DNA from: Ignavibacteria bacterium
GTDB lineage: Bacteria > Elusimicrobiota > Endomicrobiia > PHAN01
Length of the DNA stretch: 49,778 bases
Direction of reading: 5' to 3'
Assembly (NCBI GenBank): GCA_041694835.1
Contig: JBGFRZ010000036.1
Coordinates: 1-49,778 of the forward strand
The notes under the pieces were generated by a model. The model saw nothing but the letters and a program-made list of their open reading frames with translations. It was not told where the DNA came from and did not search any database. The number at the start of each line of letters is the position of its first letter. Positions within the stretch are counted from its first letter, which is position 1. Below are positions 1 to 9,081 of the stretch, piece after piece. Position numbers and translations under genes: made by a program.

Positions 1-181
1 TTTTTAGGACGCAGATTTTCGCAGATTTGGTAGATATTAAAAACATCTGCGCCAATTTTGTCAACATCGGCATTGAGCTGCGTTCAATTATTTTTAGGAC
101 GCAGATTTTCGCAGATGAGTTTATAGTTGCTTTAGTCTGCGTTTATCAAAGTTGTTTCTGCGTTCATCGGCGTTCAATTAT
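1..181. repeat. Tandem 90-bp REP-like units (truncated by window start)
   Basis: TTTTTAGGACGCAGATTTTCGCAGAT is identical at 1-26 and 91-116; GCGTTCAATTAT occurs at 80-91 and 170-181; internal CGCAGA...TCTGCG inverted repeats. Confidence 0.8.
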
Positions 182-201
182 AATCATAGGAGGCATTAAT
201 T

Positions 202-1086
202 ATGAATCAACTGAGATCTTTTTTGTTGTTGTTTGTGCTTACGCTTCTTTTCATATTCATAGGTCAGCAGCTTGGTGGAAATCAAGGGATGGTATTGGCG
301 CTTATTTTTGCGGGCGTCACGAATTTTTTCGCATGGTGGTTCTCGGATAAGATAGTTCTTGCCATCACCGGAGCGAAAGCGGTTCGCCCGGGAGAACTTG
401 AAAATGTAAAAAGTATACTTCAAGAACTGTCCGTCAAAAATAACATGCCTCTCCCGAAACTATATTTTATGGACACGCCCATGCCCAACGCCTTCGCCAC
501 GGGAAGGAATCCGCAAAACTCGGCCGTCGCCGTCACGCGGGGAATAGTCGAGCTTCTCTCCGACAGCGAGCTAAAAGGCGTCATAGCCCACGAACTTTCC
601 CACATAAGAAATAGGGATACGCTCATATCTACTATATCGGCGACGATAGCGGGCGCCATTTTCATGCTAGCCAGAATGGCCCAGTTTGCGGCGATGTTTG
701 GCGGTTACGGTGGAAGAGACAGAAACAGGGACTCCGGTGTCGGAATGATTATCATTGCCATAATCGCGCCTATATCCGCGATGATAATACAGATGGCCAT
801 CTCGCGCACGAGAGAGTATCAGGCGGACAAAACCGGCGCCGCTCTCTCGCAAGATCCACTGGCCCTTGCAAACGCTTTAAGGAAACTCGCAAACGGAGTA
901 AAAAGGACGCCGTCGGAGCTTAACCCTGTAACGCATCATCTTTTCATAGTAAGCCCCCTTAAAGCTTCAGACGTCTTCGCTCTTTTTTCGACGCACCCGC
1001 CAGTCAGTGAAAGGATCCGACGGCTTGAATCCATAGCAGGTGAGCTTGAACGGAACAAGTACAACATACCAAAAATCGTTTACTAA
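202..1086 (+). CDS. htpX: Zinc metalloprotease HtpX (M48)
   Basis: PNAFATGRNP, HELSH zinc motif, SRTREYQAD, FSTHPP; GGAGG SD upstream. Confidence 0.95.
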   Translation: MNQLRSFLLLFVLTLLFIFIGQQLGGNQGMVLALIFAGVTNFFAWWFSDKIVLAITGAKAVRPGELENVKSILQELSVKNNMPLPKLYFMDTPMPNAFATGRNPQNSAVAVTRGIVELLSDSELKGVIAHELSHIRNRDTLISTISATIAGAIFMLARMAQFAAMFGGYGGRDRNRDSGVGMIIIAIIAPISAMIIQMAISRTREYQADKTGAALSQDPLALANALRKLANGVKRTPSELNPVTHHLFIVSPLKASDVFALFSTHPPVSERIRRLESIAGELERNKYNIPKIVY

Positions 1087-1176
1087 GAATAAAGGACAGC
1101 GGCTCTATACTTTCTCTCCGCTACTCATAGTGCTCTGTATCTTTAATATCTGCTCTTTCAGCGATGCTTCCATAAA

Positions 1177-1257
1177 CCCCGTTAGAAATCTCCGATGGCT
1201 ACAAGTTCGTCTGAAATTTTTGGTTTCTGCTTAATAACTTGGGTATTTCTAACGGGG
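1177..1257. mobile_element. 81-bp MITE-like element, TIR CCCCGTTAGAAAT, TAAA target duplication
   Basis: Perfect 13-bp inverted ends at 1177-1189 and 1245-1257; TAAA at 1173-1176 and 1258-1261. Confidence 0.8.
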
Positions 1258-1289
1258 TAAATCCTTCTTAATCCCTCTTTAATTCCGCT

Positions 1290-1473
1290 GACACACCTCT
1301 AACTCCTCTTTCGTAGAGGGGAAAAAGGGGGGAGGGGCATCCCCTCTCTATTAAGAGGGACAGAGAGGGCATCCTCTCCCCTCTAATAAGAGGGACAGAG
1401 AGGGCATCTTTTCCCCTCTAATAAGAGGGGTCGGGGTGTGTTTAGAGGGGCAAGGGGTGTGTAGAGGGGGATT
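1290..1473. repeat. Cluster of REP-like palindromes (CCCTCTAATAAGAGGG)
   Basis: Three tandem units GGGCATC..CCCTCT(AATA/CTATTA)AGAGGG, framed by ACACACC...GGTGTGT. Confidence 0.75.
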
Positions 1474-1536
1474 TGCAAAGCGGGATTGTGCCGTCTGTAT
1501 TGACAGTTATTTGCGAGACAGAGCGCCAGTAATTTT

Positions 1537-2556
1537 ATGAAACATTTTTTGAATCTTTCCGAGAAAGACATAAATTCTTTTTTGAAATCCATAGGCGAAA
1601 AACCTTACAGGGCGAAGCAGATATCGAGATGGATATACGAAAAAAACATCCTTGATTTCAACCAGATGAGCGACTTGTCCCCGGCTCTGAGAAAAAAGCT
1701 GATAGGACATTTTTTCATAAAATCACTGACAGTAGATTCTACCGATAAATCTTTCGATGGGACAGTCAGATACAATGTCAGGACATCCGACGGCTATCTT
1801 TTCCCAGGTGTTGCGATTCCGTCGAACAAAAGAACGACGCTGTGCGTCTCTTCCCAGATAGGGTGTCCGCTTGAGTGCGAATTCTGCGCATCTGGGACCG
1901 ATTTCAAAAGGAATCTGACGGCGGGAGAAATCCTTGAGCAGGTTTTAATTGTGTCAAAGAATCGTGGTCAAAAACCGGATAGCGTTCTTTTTATGGGAAT
2001 GGGCGAGCCTCTCCTTAATTATGAAAACACTATTGCGGCCATAAAAACTATCAACTCTCCGTCGGGTCTCAACATAGGCTCCAGGCATATTACGATTTCA
2101 ACCATCGGCATTGTCGGGGGCATAAAAAAACTTTCGAGGGAAAATCTGAAAATAAGGCTCGCCTTATCGCTTCACGCTCCTTTCGACGATCTTAGAAAAA
2201 AACTAATCCCGTCGGCGAGAGACAAAGTCGAAAATATACTTTCGGTGTCTCTGGAGTATTCGGGACTTTCAAGGACACGTCTGACTATAGAATACATATT
2301 GATAAAAGGCGTAACCGACACCAAAGTTTGCATAAACAAACTTGTATCGCTGCTGAAAAAAAAGGTCAGACCCGACGATAAACTCCAGATAAACCTGATA
2401 CCGTACAACCCGGTTTCCGTCGGCGTTTACGAGACCCCGTTAAAAGAAGAACAGGAGGAAGTAAAAAATTTTCTGGTTTTAAGCGGTTTTTTTACTATAA
2501 TAAGGGCGAACCGTGGCATTGACATAAAGAGCGCCTGCGGACAGCTCAGCGTTTAG
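1537..2556 (+). CDS. rlmN: Radical SAM RNA methyltransferase RlmN
   Basis: TLCVSSQIGCPLECEFC (CxxxCxxC), FMGMGEPL, ALSLHAP, SACGQL. Confidence 0.95.
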   Translation: MKHFLNLSEKDINSFLKSIGEKPYRAKQISRWIYEKNILDFNQMSDLSPALRKKLIGHFFIKSLTVDSTDKSFDGTVRYNVRTSDGYLFPGVAIPSNKRTTLCVSSQIGCPLECEFCASGTDFKRNLTAGEILEQVLIVSKNRGQKPDSVLFMGMGEPLLNYENTIAAIKTINSPSGLNIGSRHITISTIGIVGGIKKLSRENLKIRLALSLHAPFDDLRKKLIPSARDKVENILSVSLEYSGLSRTRLTIEYILIKGVTDTKVCINKLVSLLKKKVRPDDKLQINLIPYNPVSVGVYETPLKEEQEEVKNFLVLSGFFTIIRANRGIDIKSACGQLSV

Positions 2557-2617
2557 ATGCGATGTAATAAAAAATTTGATTAGCGAATAAAATTAACATA
2601 AAAAAATTGAAGATTTT

Positions 2618-3052
2618 ATGAAGAGATTTGTTTTTTTGTTGATTTTAAATTTACTCGAGTCGCAGGTATTCGCCAAAAACACATCCGCCGTCGGACTGAT
2701 GATAGGTTCCCCCACGGGAATAAACACAAAACATTTTGTGAAGAAAAATGCCATCGCGCTGGAGGGTGATTTTTCTATCATATCCGGAAAACTTTATCTT
2801 ACGGCGAGTTATCTATGGCACGACTTTTCTGCTTTTCCCAAGATAGAGGAAGGAGACCTCCCGCTTTTTTACGGAGTATCGGCCGCTATTTTCGGGGACG
2901 CTCCAGCTTTTGGCGGAGCGCTCGGCGTCTCTTATTTGTTTAAGGAGCATCCTTTTGATGTTTTTATCAAGATTTTCCCCGTGATAGTTTTTGAGAAAAA
3001 AACGACTTTAACTTTTATAGGCGGTATCGGCGGCCGCTACTTTTTTAAATAG
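2618..3052 (+). CDS. Small secreted outer-membrane beta-barrel-like protein (DUF3996-like)
   Basis: Signal peptide, GLMIGSPTGI N-terminal motif, C-terminal GGIGGRYFF beta-signal-like end. Confidence 0.6.
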   Translation: MKRFVFLLILNLLESQVFAKNTSAVGLMIGSPTGINTKHFVKKNAIALEGDFSIISGKLYLTASYLWHDFSAFPKIEEGDLPLFYGVSAAIFGDAPAFGGALGVSYLFKEHPFDVFIKIFPVIVFEKKTTLTFIGGIGGRYFFK

Positions 3053-3061
3053 CAAACATTG

Positions 3062-3775
3062 ATGAAAAAAATTCAAATCAGAATTGTTGTATATGGTTTT
3101 ATTTTTACAGTGTTTCTGCTTCTTCTGCTTAACTGGACGCTCGAAACCATCATACATTCCAGAAAGGAAGTGGTTGTTCCAAATCTTATAGGAAAGAATC
3201 TCTACGAGTCGTTGGATTTACTTGAGCCGCTTAATCTCGGGCTCAGGAAGTCGGCGGTTGAATACGACAAAAACCTTCCCACGGGCGTTGTTATAAGGCA
3301 AAATCCCTCCGCCGGAATGATAGTTCGTGAAGGAAAGATAGTGCAAATAACGGTTTCCATTGGAGGTGAGAGCGTTTTCACACCGCTTCTTGTGGGCTTA
3401 AACCTAAGGCAGGCCGAGATAAAAATTAGGGCTTCGGCCCTCGCCCTCGGCGATATAAACAGGATATATTCCATAAAGCACCCCACGGATTACGTCATAG
3501 AGCAGACCCCGCAACAGGGTTCCAGGATACAGAAAGGTAGTGTGGTCAACATATCAATATCAGCCGGACCGCCTCCAGAAGGTGTTGTTTTGTTCCCGGA
3601 TTTTTTCGGCGCGGGCGTTGAATCGGTTATGAAGTGGTCTGAACAAAGCGGGCTCCCCGTTGAGTATTCATATGAAGACAACTTCAAGCAGGTGGGGAAG
3701 GTTTTGAGGCAGGCCCCTCCGCCCGACACCGTTTTAAGTTCCACTCATACGGTTGCTGTGGTGGTTGGAAAATAG
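3062..3775 (+). CDS. Membrane-anchored PASTA-domain protein (3 PASTA repeats)
   Basis: N-terminal TM helix; VVPNLIGK...VIRQNPSAG, VIEQTPQQG and VLRQAPPP repeats; lies upstream of rpe. Confidence 0.85.
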   Translation: MKKIQIRIVVYGFIFTVFLLLLLNWTLETIIHSRKEVVVPNLIGKNLYESLDLLEPLNLGLRKSAVEYDKNLPTGVVIRQNPSAGMIVREGKIVQITVSIGGESVFTPLLVGLNLRQAEIKIRASALALGDINRIYSIKHPTDYVIEQTPQQGSRIQKGSVVNISISAGPPPEGVVLFPDFFGAGVESVMKWSEQSGLPVEYSYEDNFKQVGKVLRQAPPPDTVLSSTHTVAVVVGK

Positions 3776-3950
3776 TATTGAGTTTCGCATAATTAGTCGA
3801 TATTTTGGAGGCATAGATTTGAGCTCATTTCAAGGAGTGAGGAGTGCGGTGTAGCCGCAGTGCTACATAAACGACGAACGACACAGAAATCAGCCAAAAA
3901 TATGCCTCCCCGAAGGGCACGGCGCTTTTGGGATGCAACTTCGTCACTCG

Positions 3951-4016
3951 CCCCGTTAGAAATTTCAGAACACTTAAGATGCGATTGAAACATTTACATC
4001 AGGATTTCTAACGGGG
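3951..4016. mobile_element. Nested 66-bp element, TIR CCCCGTTAGAAAT, CTCG target duplication
   Basis: TIRs at 3951-3963 and 4004-4016; CTCG at 3947-3950 and 4017-4020. Confidence 0.8.
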
Positions 4017-4084
4017 CTCGTCGCTCACATACCGCAGTGGGTATGCTTCGCTCCTCGCTCCTTGTTTCGCCTCAAAATCGCTCG

Positions 4085-4166
4085 CCCCTCACCTTCTGTC
4101 GACGTAATAGTGAACAAGGCGAAATCTTTCGCACAACTCTTATGCACCCTGACAGAAGGTGTGGGG
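4085..4166. mobile_element. Nested 82-bp element, TIR CCCC(T/A)CACCTTCTGTC, CTCG target duplication
   Basis: CCCCTCACCTTCTGTC 4085-4100 vs GACAGAAGGTGTGGGG 4151-4166 (15/16); CTCG at 4081-4084 and 4167-4170. Confidence 0.8.
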
Positions 4167-4206
4167 CTCGTGCAAAATGTCAAATAATTATGCGAAACTC
4201 AATAGA

Positions 4207-4866
4207 ATGAAAAAATTTATTTTGGCTCCTTCAATACTCTCTGCCGATTTTTCAAATCTCGCCGGACAGATAAAGTCCGTCGAATCAGCCGGTGTAAAAT
4301 GGCTCCACATAGATGTCATGGACGGGCATTTTGTTCCGAACATAACGCTCGGCCCCGCTATCATAAATTCGATTAGAAAAAAAACGAAATTGGTCTTTGA
4401 CACCCATCTGATGATAGAAAATCCTGAAAAATATTTAAGCGATTTTGTTAAGGCGGGCAGCGATTGTATAACGTTTCACCTCGAAAGTTCAAAAAATCTG
4501 AAAGGTTTGTTGTCCAAAGCGAAGAAATACGGAGTAAAGGCAGGTCTTTCCTTAAAGCCAAAAACACCCGTCGCAAAACTTATTTCCTATTTGAAACTTC
4601 TGGATATAGTTCTTGTTATGAGCGTTGAACCCGGTTTCGGCGGACAGGGTTTTATCCATTCGTCGCTATCCAGGATAAAGGCGATCAGGAAGTTGATAGA
4701 CAAAAAAAATCCGGGTTGTTTGATATCCGTTGACGGCGGAATAAACAAAAATAATATAAAATCGGTTTTGGCCGTCGGTGCCGATGTTGTTGTGGCGGGG
4801 AACTCGGTATTCAAAGATTCTGTCCAACCCGCTGAAGCGATCAGACGCTTGACGAGTAAAATTTGA
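4207..4866 (+). CDS. rpe: Ribulose-phosphate 3-epimerase
   Basis: APSILSADF, HIDVMDGHFVPNIT, MSVEPGFGGQ, VDGGIN; true start likely ATG 4207 because the longer ORF begins inside the MITE. Confidence 0.95.
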   Translation: MKKFILAPSILSADFSNLAGQIKSVESAGVKWLHIDVMDGHFVPNITLGPAIINSIRKKTKLVFDTHLMIENPEKYLSDFVKAGSDCITFHLESSKNLKGLLSKAKKYGVKAGLSLKPKTPVAKLISYLKLLDIVLVMSVEPGFGGQGFIHSSLSRIKAIRKLIDKKNPGCLISVDGGINKNNIKSVLAVGADVVVAGNSVFKDSVQPAEAIRRLTSKI

Positions 4867-4891
4867 CAAACTTCATTTTTTTAACTATAAT
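4863..4891 (+). promoter_or_regulatory. Consensus sigma70 promoter for rpsP
   Basis: TTGACA (4863-4868), 17-bp spacer, TATAAT (4886-4891). Confidence 0.85.
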
Positions 4892-4919
4892 AATGTGATA
4901 GAAAATTGGAGGATAGAAG

Positions 4920-5159
4920 ATGTCGCTTAAGATAAAGTTTTCGAGAACGGGAAGCAAAAACAATCCCATGTTCAGAATCGTAGTGGCCGAAGAACGTTCC
5001 AGAAGAGACGGCTCTCCCGTGGCTGTTATAGGAGAGTATAATCCGAAGTTTGAAGAAAATAAAATAAAACTCGATCAGGCTCAACTTAAACACTGGTTAT
5101 CGGTTGGGGCTAAACCGACAGATAAGGTCGCCGCGTTCATAAAAAGTTACGTTAAGTGA
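4920..5159 (+). CDS. rpsP: 30S ribosomal protein S16
   Basis: LKIKFSRTGSKNNPMFRIVVAEERSRRDG...WLSVGAKPTD. Confidence 0.95.
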   Translation: MSLKIKFSRTGSKNNPMFRIVVAEERSRRDGSPVAVIGEYNPKFEENKIKLDQAQLKHWLSVGAKPTDKVAAFIKSYVK

Positions 5160-5255
5160 ATTAGGTGCAACGAAGAAACACCTTTTAACGGGTGTTCAGC
5201 GAATCTTCCCAGATAGCGAAGCGTGACGGGGATGCGACACATTGGAGGTATTTTT

Positions 5256-5489
5256 ATGAAGGAACTCGTTCTATACATCGCAAAAGCGCTTGTCGACAAT
5301 CCTGATAAGGTTGATGTGAAAGAAGTCGCGGGGGAAAAGGGGGCGGTGATCGAGCTCAGGGTCGCCGAATCCGACAGGGGGAAGGTAATAGGCAAAGACG
5401 GTAGAATAATAAAATCCATAAGAACAATCGTAAATTCTGCATCAGCGAAACTCGGCAAACGCGCCATGGTCGAGCTGATTGAAAGCTAA
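5256..5489 (+). CDS. khpA: KH-domain RNA-binding protein KhpA
   Basis: MKELVLYIAKALVDNPD...DRGKVIGKDGR; follows rpsP; GGAGG SD before ATG 5256. Confidence 0.9.
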   Translation: MKELVLYIAKALVDNPDKVDVKEVAGEKGAVIELRVAESDRGKVIGKDGRIIKSIRTIVNSASAKLGKRAMVELIES

Positions 5490-5524
5490 ACCGCGCTCTA
5501 CTTTAATAATTAGAGTCTAAATTT

Positions 5525-5574
5525 TCCTTTGCTCCCCGATTTAATCGAGGGGCTGCTTTAAACCATAAAGGAGG
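5525..5574 (+). promoter_or_regulatory. Putative S6:S18-binding rpsF leader structure
   Basis: TCCTTTG pairs with TAAAGGA (sequestering the SD); inner hairpin GCTCCCCGAT/ATCGAGGGGC; upstream of rpsF-ssb-rpsR. Confidence 0.5.
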
Positions 5575-5754
5575 AATATACTTACCCTTGCCCGGTCACC
5601 AACATTCAATCCATCGTTTTGAAAAAAATATTGTGGATATACGTTTGATAAAATGCAGGAATGAATTTGCGAGCCCACTTTGCGGAAACAATCGGGGCGA
5701 TCGCAGCGAATAAAAATTCACACAATAATATAGTCCCCCAATTCACAGGAGAAG

Positions 5755-6096
5755 ATGATGAACACGTATGAAATGACATTTATCGTATCACCCGAAACCT
5801 CTCAGGAAAAAATCGAAAGCATAGGCGAGAAGGTCAAGAAAATAATAACTCAGAAATCTGGTCAGATATCCATTTTTGAAGTTGAGGGTCTGAAAAAACT
5901 CGCCTATCCTATAAAGAGTTGTGTCGAGGGTCAGTATGTATTTGTAGAATTTTCCGCGCCGGGGAGCTGCGTTACCGAAATGGAAGGATTTTTCAAGGTA
6001 AACGACGCGGTGCTCAGATATCTAACGATAGTAAAGCCGGTTCCGAGAAAAATAAAAGCCAAGAAAACCAAGAAGTTACAGTCAGCGAAGATGTAA
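5755..6096 (+). CDS. rpsF: 30S ribosomal protein S6
   Basis: YEMTFIVSP...GLKKLAYPIK...EGQY...VLRYL. Confidence 0.95.
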   Translation: MMNTYEMTFIVSPETSQEKIESIGEKVKKIITQKSGQISIFEVEGLKKLAYPIKSCVEGQYVFVEFSAPGSCVTEMEGFFKVNDAVLRYLTIVKPVPRKIKAKKTKKLQSAKM

Positions 6097-6099
6097 GTG

Positions 6100-6262
6100 T
6101 GAGCGGTGAATAGGGCAGAGGTCAGAGGACAGAGATGAGAGGACAGGGGACAGAGAACAGAGGTTAGAGGCGAGGGACGAGAGGTTGGGGAATGGAAATT
6201 TTTATTCAATTCCTTGCCCCCTATCCTCTATCCTCTATTCTCTCACCTCTCGCCTCTATCCG
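6100..6262. repeat. Degenerate heptamer tract, purine arm then complementary pyrimidine arm
   Basis: CAGAGGT/CAGAGGA/TAGAGGC units followed by CCTCTAT/CCTCTCG units. Confidence 0.75.
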
Positions 6263-6285
6263 CTATTTTTTATTAAGGAGGAACG

Positions 6286-6705
6286 ATGACATCGATAAAA
6301 TTGCCCGATTTAAACATTGTTGTAGTAGCGGGACGGCTGACTCACGACCCGGATGTAAGGTCCACATCCGCTGGAACGCAGGTCTGCAATCTGCAAGTAG
6401 CCATCAGTCGCAGGTATAAAAACAAGCAGGGCGAATGGGTGGACGATCCGACTTTTATAGGGGTTGTTGTTTGGGGCGATATGGCGGAGCGTTGTAAAGA
6501 CCGTCTCAAGAAGGGTAGCCCCGTTTTGATAAATGGTTCTTTGCGCTCAAGAAGTTGGGAGAAAGAAGGTCAGAAAAGAAATACGATAGAAATTTCGGTG
6601 AACAGGATTCAGTTTCTGGAGAAGCTCTCTTTAACCGAAGGAAAAGAAGTCGTCGAAGAGGTCGCTGAAGAAAAAGGCGCCGAATCCGACGAGATTCCGT
6701 TTTGA
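6286..6705 (+). CDS. ssb: Single-stranded DNA-binding protein
   Basis: NIVVVAGRLTHDPDVR OB-fold; acidic C-terminal DEIPF. Confidence 0.95.
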   Translation: MTSIKLPDLNIVVVAGRLTHDPDVRSTSAGTQVCNLQVAISRRYKNKQGEWVDDPTFIGVVVWGDMAERCKDRLKKGSPVLINGSLRSRSWEKEGQKRNTIEISVNRIQFLEKLSLTEGKEVVEEVAEEKGAESDEIPF

Positions 6706-6755
6706 ATTATTGAAATTAAATTTGCAGTCCTGCAAAGAGGGAGATAGGAGAAAAC

Positions 6756-6995
6756 ATGATAAGAAGATCGAACCCCAGATTCAGAAAACCTTTTCTTAAG
6801 AAAAAGAAATGCAGATTCTGTCAGGACAAGGCGGAGCCAAATTACAGAAAACCGCAGGTCTTGAAAATTTATACCAGCGAAAAAGGCAAAATTTTACCGT
6901 CGTTCATAACGGGGGCATGCTCAAAGCATCAAAGGATGCTGGGCAGGGAGATAAAGAGAGCCAGGATGATTGCGCTTTTGCCTTTCGTCGCTTGA
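6756..6995 (+). CDS. rpsR: 30S ribosomal protein S18 (Zn-binding type)
   Basis: KKCRFC...GKILPSFITGACSKHQR...IKRARMIALLPF. Confidence 0.95.
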   Translation: MIRRSNPRFRKPFLKKKKCRFCQDKAEPNYRKPQVLKIYTSEKGKILPSFITGACSKHQRMLGREIKRARMIALLPFVA

Positions 6996-7036
6996 CGGCT
7001 GTTAAGGAATTTCGGGTGGTGAAAGTTAAAATATAA

Positions 7037-7228
7037 GGCTCTTCTCCAAATGTTGTTGTAACATTGGGTAAGGATTTTGCAATATCGCTATGATGATGTA
7101 AAAACAAAGTATTTTCGCTCATTCTCGTCCCGATAAATCGGGACTGCGAGGTAATCAAGTGTTCACACTTGATTAAACCCGCTCAAACACTTTGTTTTTA
7201 TACGCACAACAAAAAATGGAGAAGACCC
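7037..7228 (+). mobile_element. ~190-bp MITE, copy 1
   Basis: Ends GGCTCTTCTCCAAATGTTGTTGT / ACAACAAAAAATGGAGAAGACCC; flanked by AATATAA on both sides; near-identical inverted copy at 21135-21338. Confidence 0.85.
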
Positions 7229-7246
7229 GAATATAAGGAGAAAGCC

Positions 7247-7699
7247 GTGGAAGTAATGTTTATTCATGATGTTGAAAATGTAGCAAAAAAAGGCGATATA
7301 AAAAGGGTCTCTCCGGGTTATGCGAGAAACTTTCTGTTTCCCAGAAAACTTGCTTTACCCGTCACAAAGGGAAACGAGAAGCGGATTGAAAACGAAAAGA
7401 AAATCATAGCAAAACGTTTGGCTGAGGAAAAGAAAAAATTCGAAGCTTTTGCGAAGCGGATCGAGGAGAGCTCCATTACTTTCGAAGTGAATGTCGGCGA
7501 GAGCGGAAAGATGTTCGGCTCGGTAACGGCGTCAGACATCTTAAACGCCTTGAAAAAGAATCTACCCGACATCCCTTTGGAAAAACACTCCGTTGTGCTA
7601 AAAGAGCCTATCAAAGACACGGGTGCATATACCCTGGATGTCAACCTTCCGTCCGACGTAAAAGCGGCTTTGAAAATATGGGTAATAGAAAAGAAGTAG
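7247..7699 (+). CDS. rplI: 50S ribosomal protein L9
   Basis: GDIKRVSPGYARNFLFP, GKMFGSVT, PIKDTGAY; GTG start 7247 after AAGGAG (the longer ORF starts inside the MITE). Confidence 0.95.
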   Translation: MEVMFIHDVENVAKKGDIKRVSPGYARNFLFPRKLALPVTKGNEKRIENEKKIIAKRLAEEKKKFEAFAKRIEESSITFEVNVGESGKMFGSVTASDILNALKKNLPDIPLEKHSVVLKEPIKDTGAYTLDVNLPSDVKAALKIWVIEKK

Positions 7700-9081
7700 A
7701 CACCTTCGAGACAACCCTCAGGATACAGCCTCATTCCGTAGAGGCAGAGAAAGCCGTTCTCGGGGCGATGATAATAGACAAAGATGCCCTCGACAAAGTA
7801 GTAGAGCAAAACATAGAACCTTCCGATTTTTTCGTCGATCTTCATAAGAGAATTTTTGACATTATCCGTGGGATGTACATCCAGCAGAAGCCTGTTGATA
7901 TTTTAACACTCACCGATGCCATAAAGGCAGGCAAAATAGTTTCTTCAGACGCCCAGACAGCGGCGGCTTATGTGATATCCATAGTCAACACCGTCCCAAC
8001 CTCCGCAAATGTCGATCATTATACTCACATCGTAAGAGAAAAATCGATGCTGCGTAAAATTATAAGGGTCGGCACCGGACTTATCGAAAACGCATACGGC
8101 GCCGAGAGAGATGTCGACAATATATTGGACAGCGCCGAACAGGAAGTTTTGGATATAAGGGCCAAACGGCCAACGGAGTTCGTTCATGTAAAGGAACTTG
8201 TGTCGGGGGCTCTTGATAGGTTGGAGCAGGCGGCGAAATCCCAGAAGGAAGTCACAGGGCTTGCGACCGGATTTGTCGATTTTGATATTATGACCTGCGG
8301 TCTTCAACCGGCGAATTTGATAATAGTCGCCGGCCGTCCTTCAATGGGAAAAACCGCTTTTGCAATGAACATAGCGGAGCACGTCGTCGTCGATTTAAAA
8401 AAAGCGGTCGCGGTATTTTCACTTGAAATGTCGAAAGAAGAGCTTATGCTAAGGTTTCTTTGTTCAAGGGGAAGGATAAACTCTTTAAAGGCGAAGAAAG
8501 GATTTATAGGCAAAGACGGATGGCCGCGCCTTACAACTCAGGGAGAGATATTCAGCGAATCCCCCCTTTACATAGATGACTCGGCGAGCGGAGACATGCT
8601 CGAGATGAAGTCCCGGGCGAGGAAACTTCACAAAGAGCTTCTCCGAAGCGGCTCAGGACTTTCGCTCATAATAATAGATTATATGCAGCTCATGCACTCC
8701 GTCGGCAGAGCCGAGTCGAGGCAGCAGGAGATATCACTGATATCAAGATCTCTCAAAAGGCTTTCTATGGAGCTTCACATCCCGGTTATAGCCGTCTCCC
8801 AACTCTCAAGAAAGCCCGAGGAGAAAGGCAGGAGCGGTCGTCCGCAGCTTTCGGATTTGAGGGAGTCTGGAGCGATAGAACAGGATGCTGATCTCGTGGT
8901 TTCAATTTACAGGGAATTTTATTATAAAGAAGATAAAAATAATGCGACCGAAGATGAAAAAAACAAAGCCGAGATAGAAATATTGAAACAGAGAAACGGC
9001 CCAACAGGCAGGATTGATCTGGTTTTTCTGAATGATTACACGCGTTTCGATAATCTTGACAGGGCACATGCCAAATTATAG
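7678..9081 (+). CDS. dnaB: Replicative DNA helicase DnaB
   Basis: PHSVEAEKAVLG, AGRPSMGKT Walker A, IDYMQL, SQLSR, DLRESGAIEQDAD, KQRNGPTG. Confidence 0.97.
   Translation: MGNRKEVDTFETTLRIQPHSVEAEKAVLGAMIIDKDALDKVVEQNIEPSDFFVDLHKRIFDIIRGMYIQQKPVDILTLTDAIKAGKIVSSDAQTAAAYVISIVNTVPTSANVDHYTHIVREKSMLRKIIRVGTGLIENAYGAERDVDNILDSAEQEVLDIRAKRPTEFVHVKELVSGALDRLEQAAKSQKEVTGLATGFVDFDIMTCGLQPANLIIVAGRPSMGKTAFAMNIAEHVVVDLKKAVAVFSLEMSKEELMLRFLCSRGRINSLKAKKGFIGKDGWPRLTTQGEIFSESPLYIDDSASGDMLEMKSRARKLHKELLRSGSGLSLIIIDYMQLMHSVGRAESRQQEISLISRSLKRLSMELHIPVIAVSQLSRKPEEKGRSGRPQLSDLRESGAIEQDADLVVSIYREFYYKEDKNNATEDEKNKAEIEILKQRNGPTGRIDLVFLNDYTRFDNLDRAHAKL

Larger units (their letters stand above)
3776..4204. mobile_element. 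~430-bp MITE with perfect 20-bp terminal inverted repeat, containing two nested mini-elements
   Basis: TATTGAGTTTCGCATAATTA (3776-3795) / TAATTATGCGAAACTCAATA (4185-4204); internal inverted arms CAAGGAGTGAGGAG / CTCCTCGCTCCTTG. Confidence 0.85.

Noticed and set aside
7678-9081. Intein in DnaB
   Set aside because: Normal length with contiguous helicase motifs
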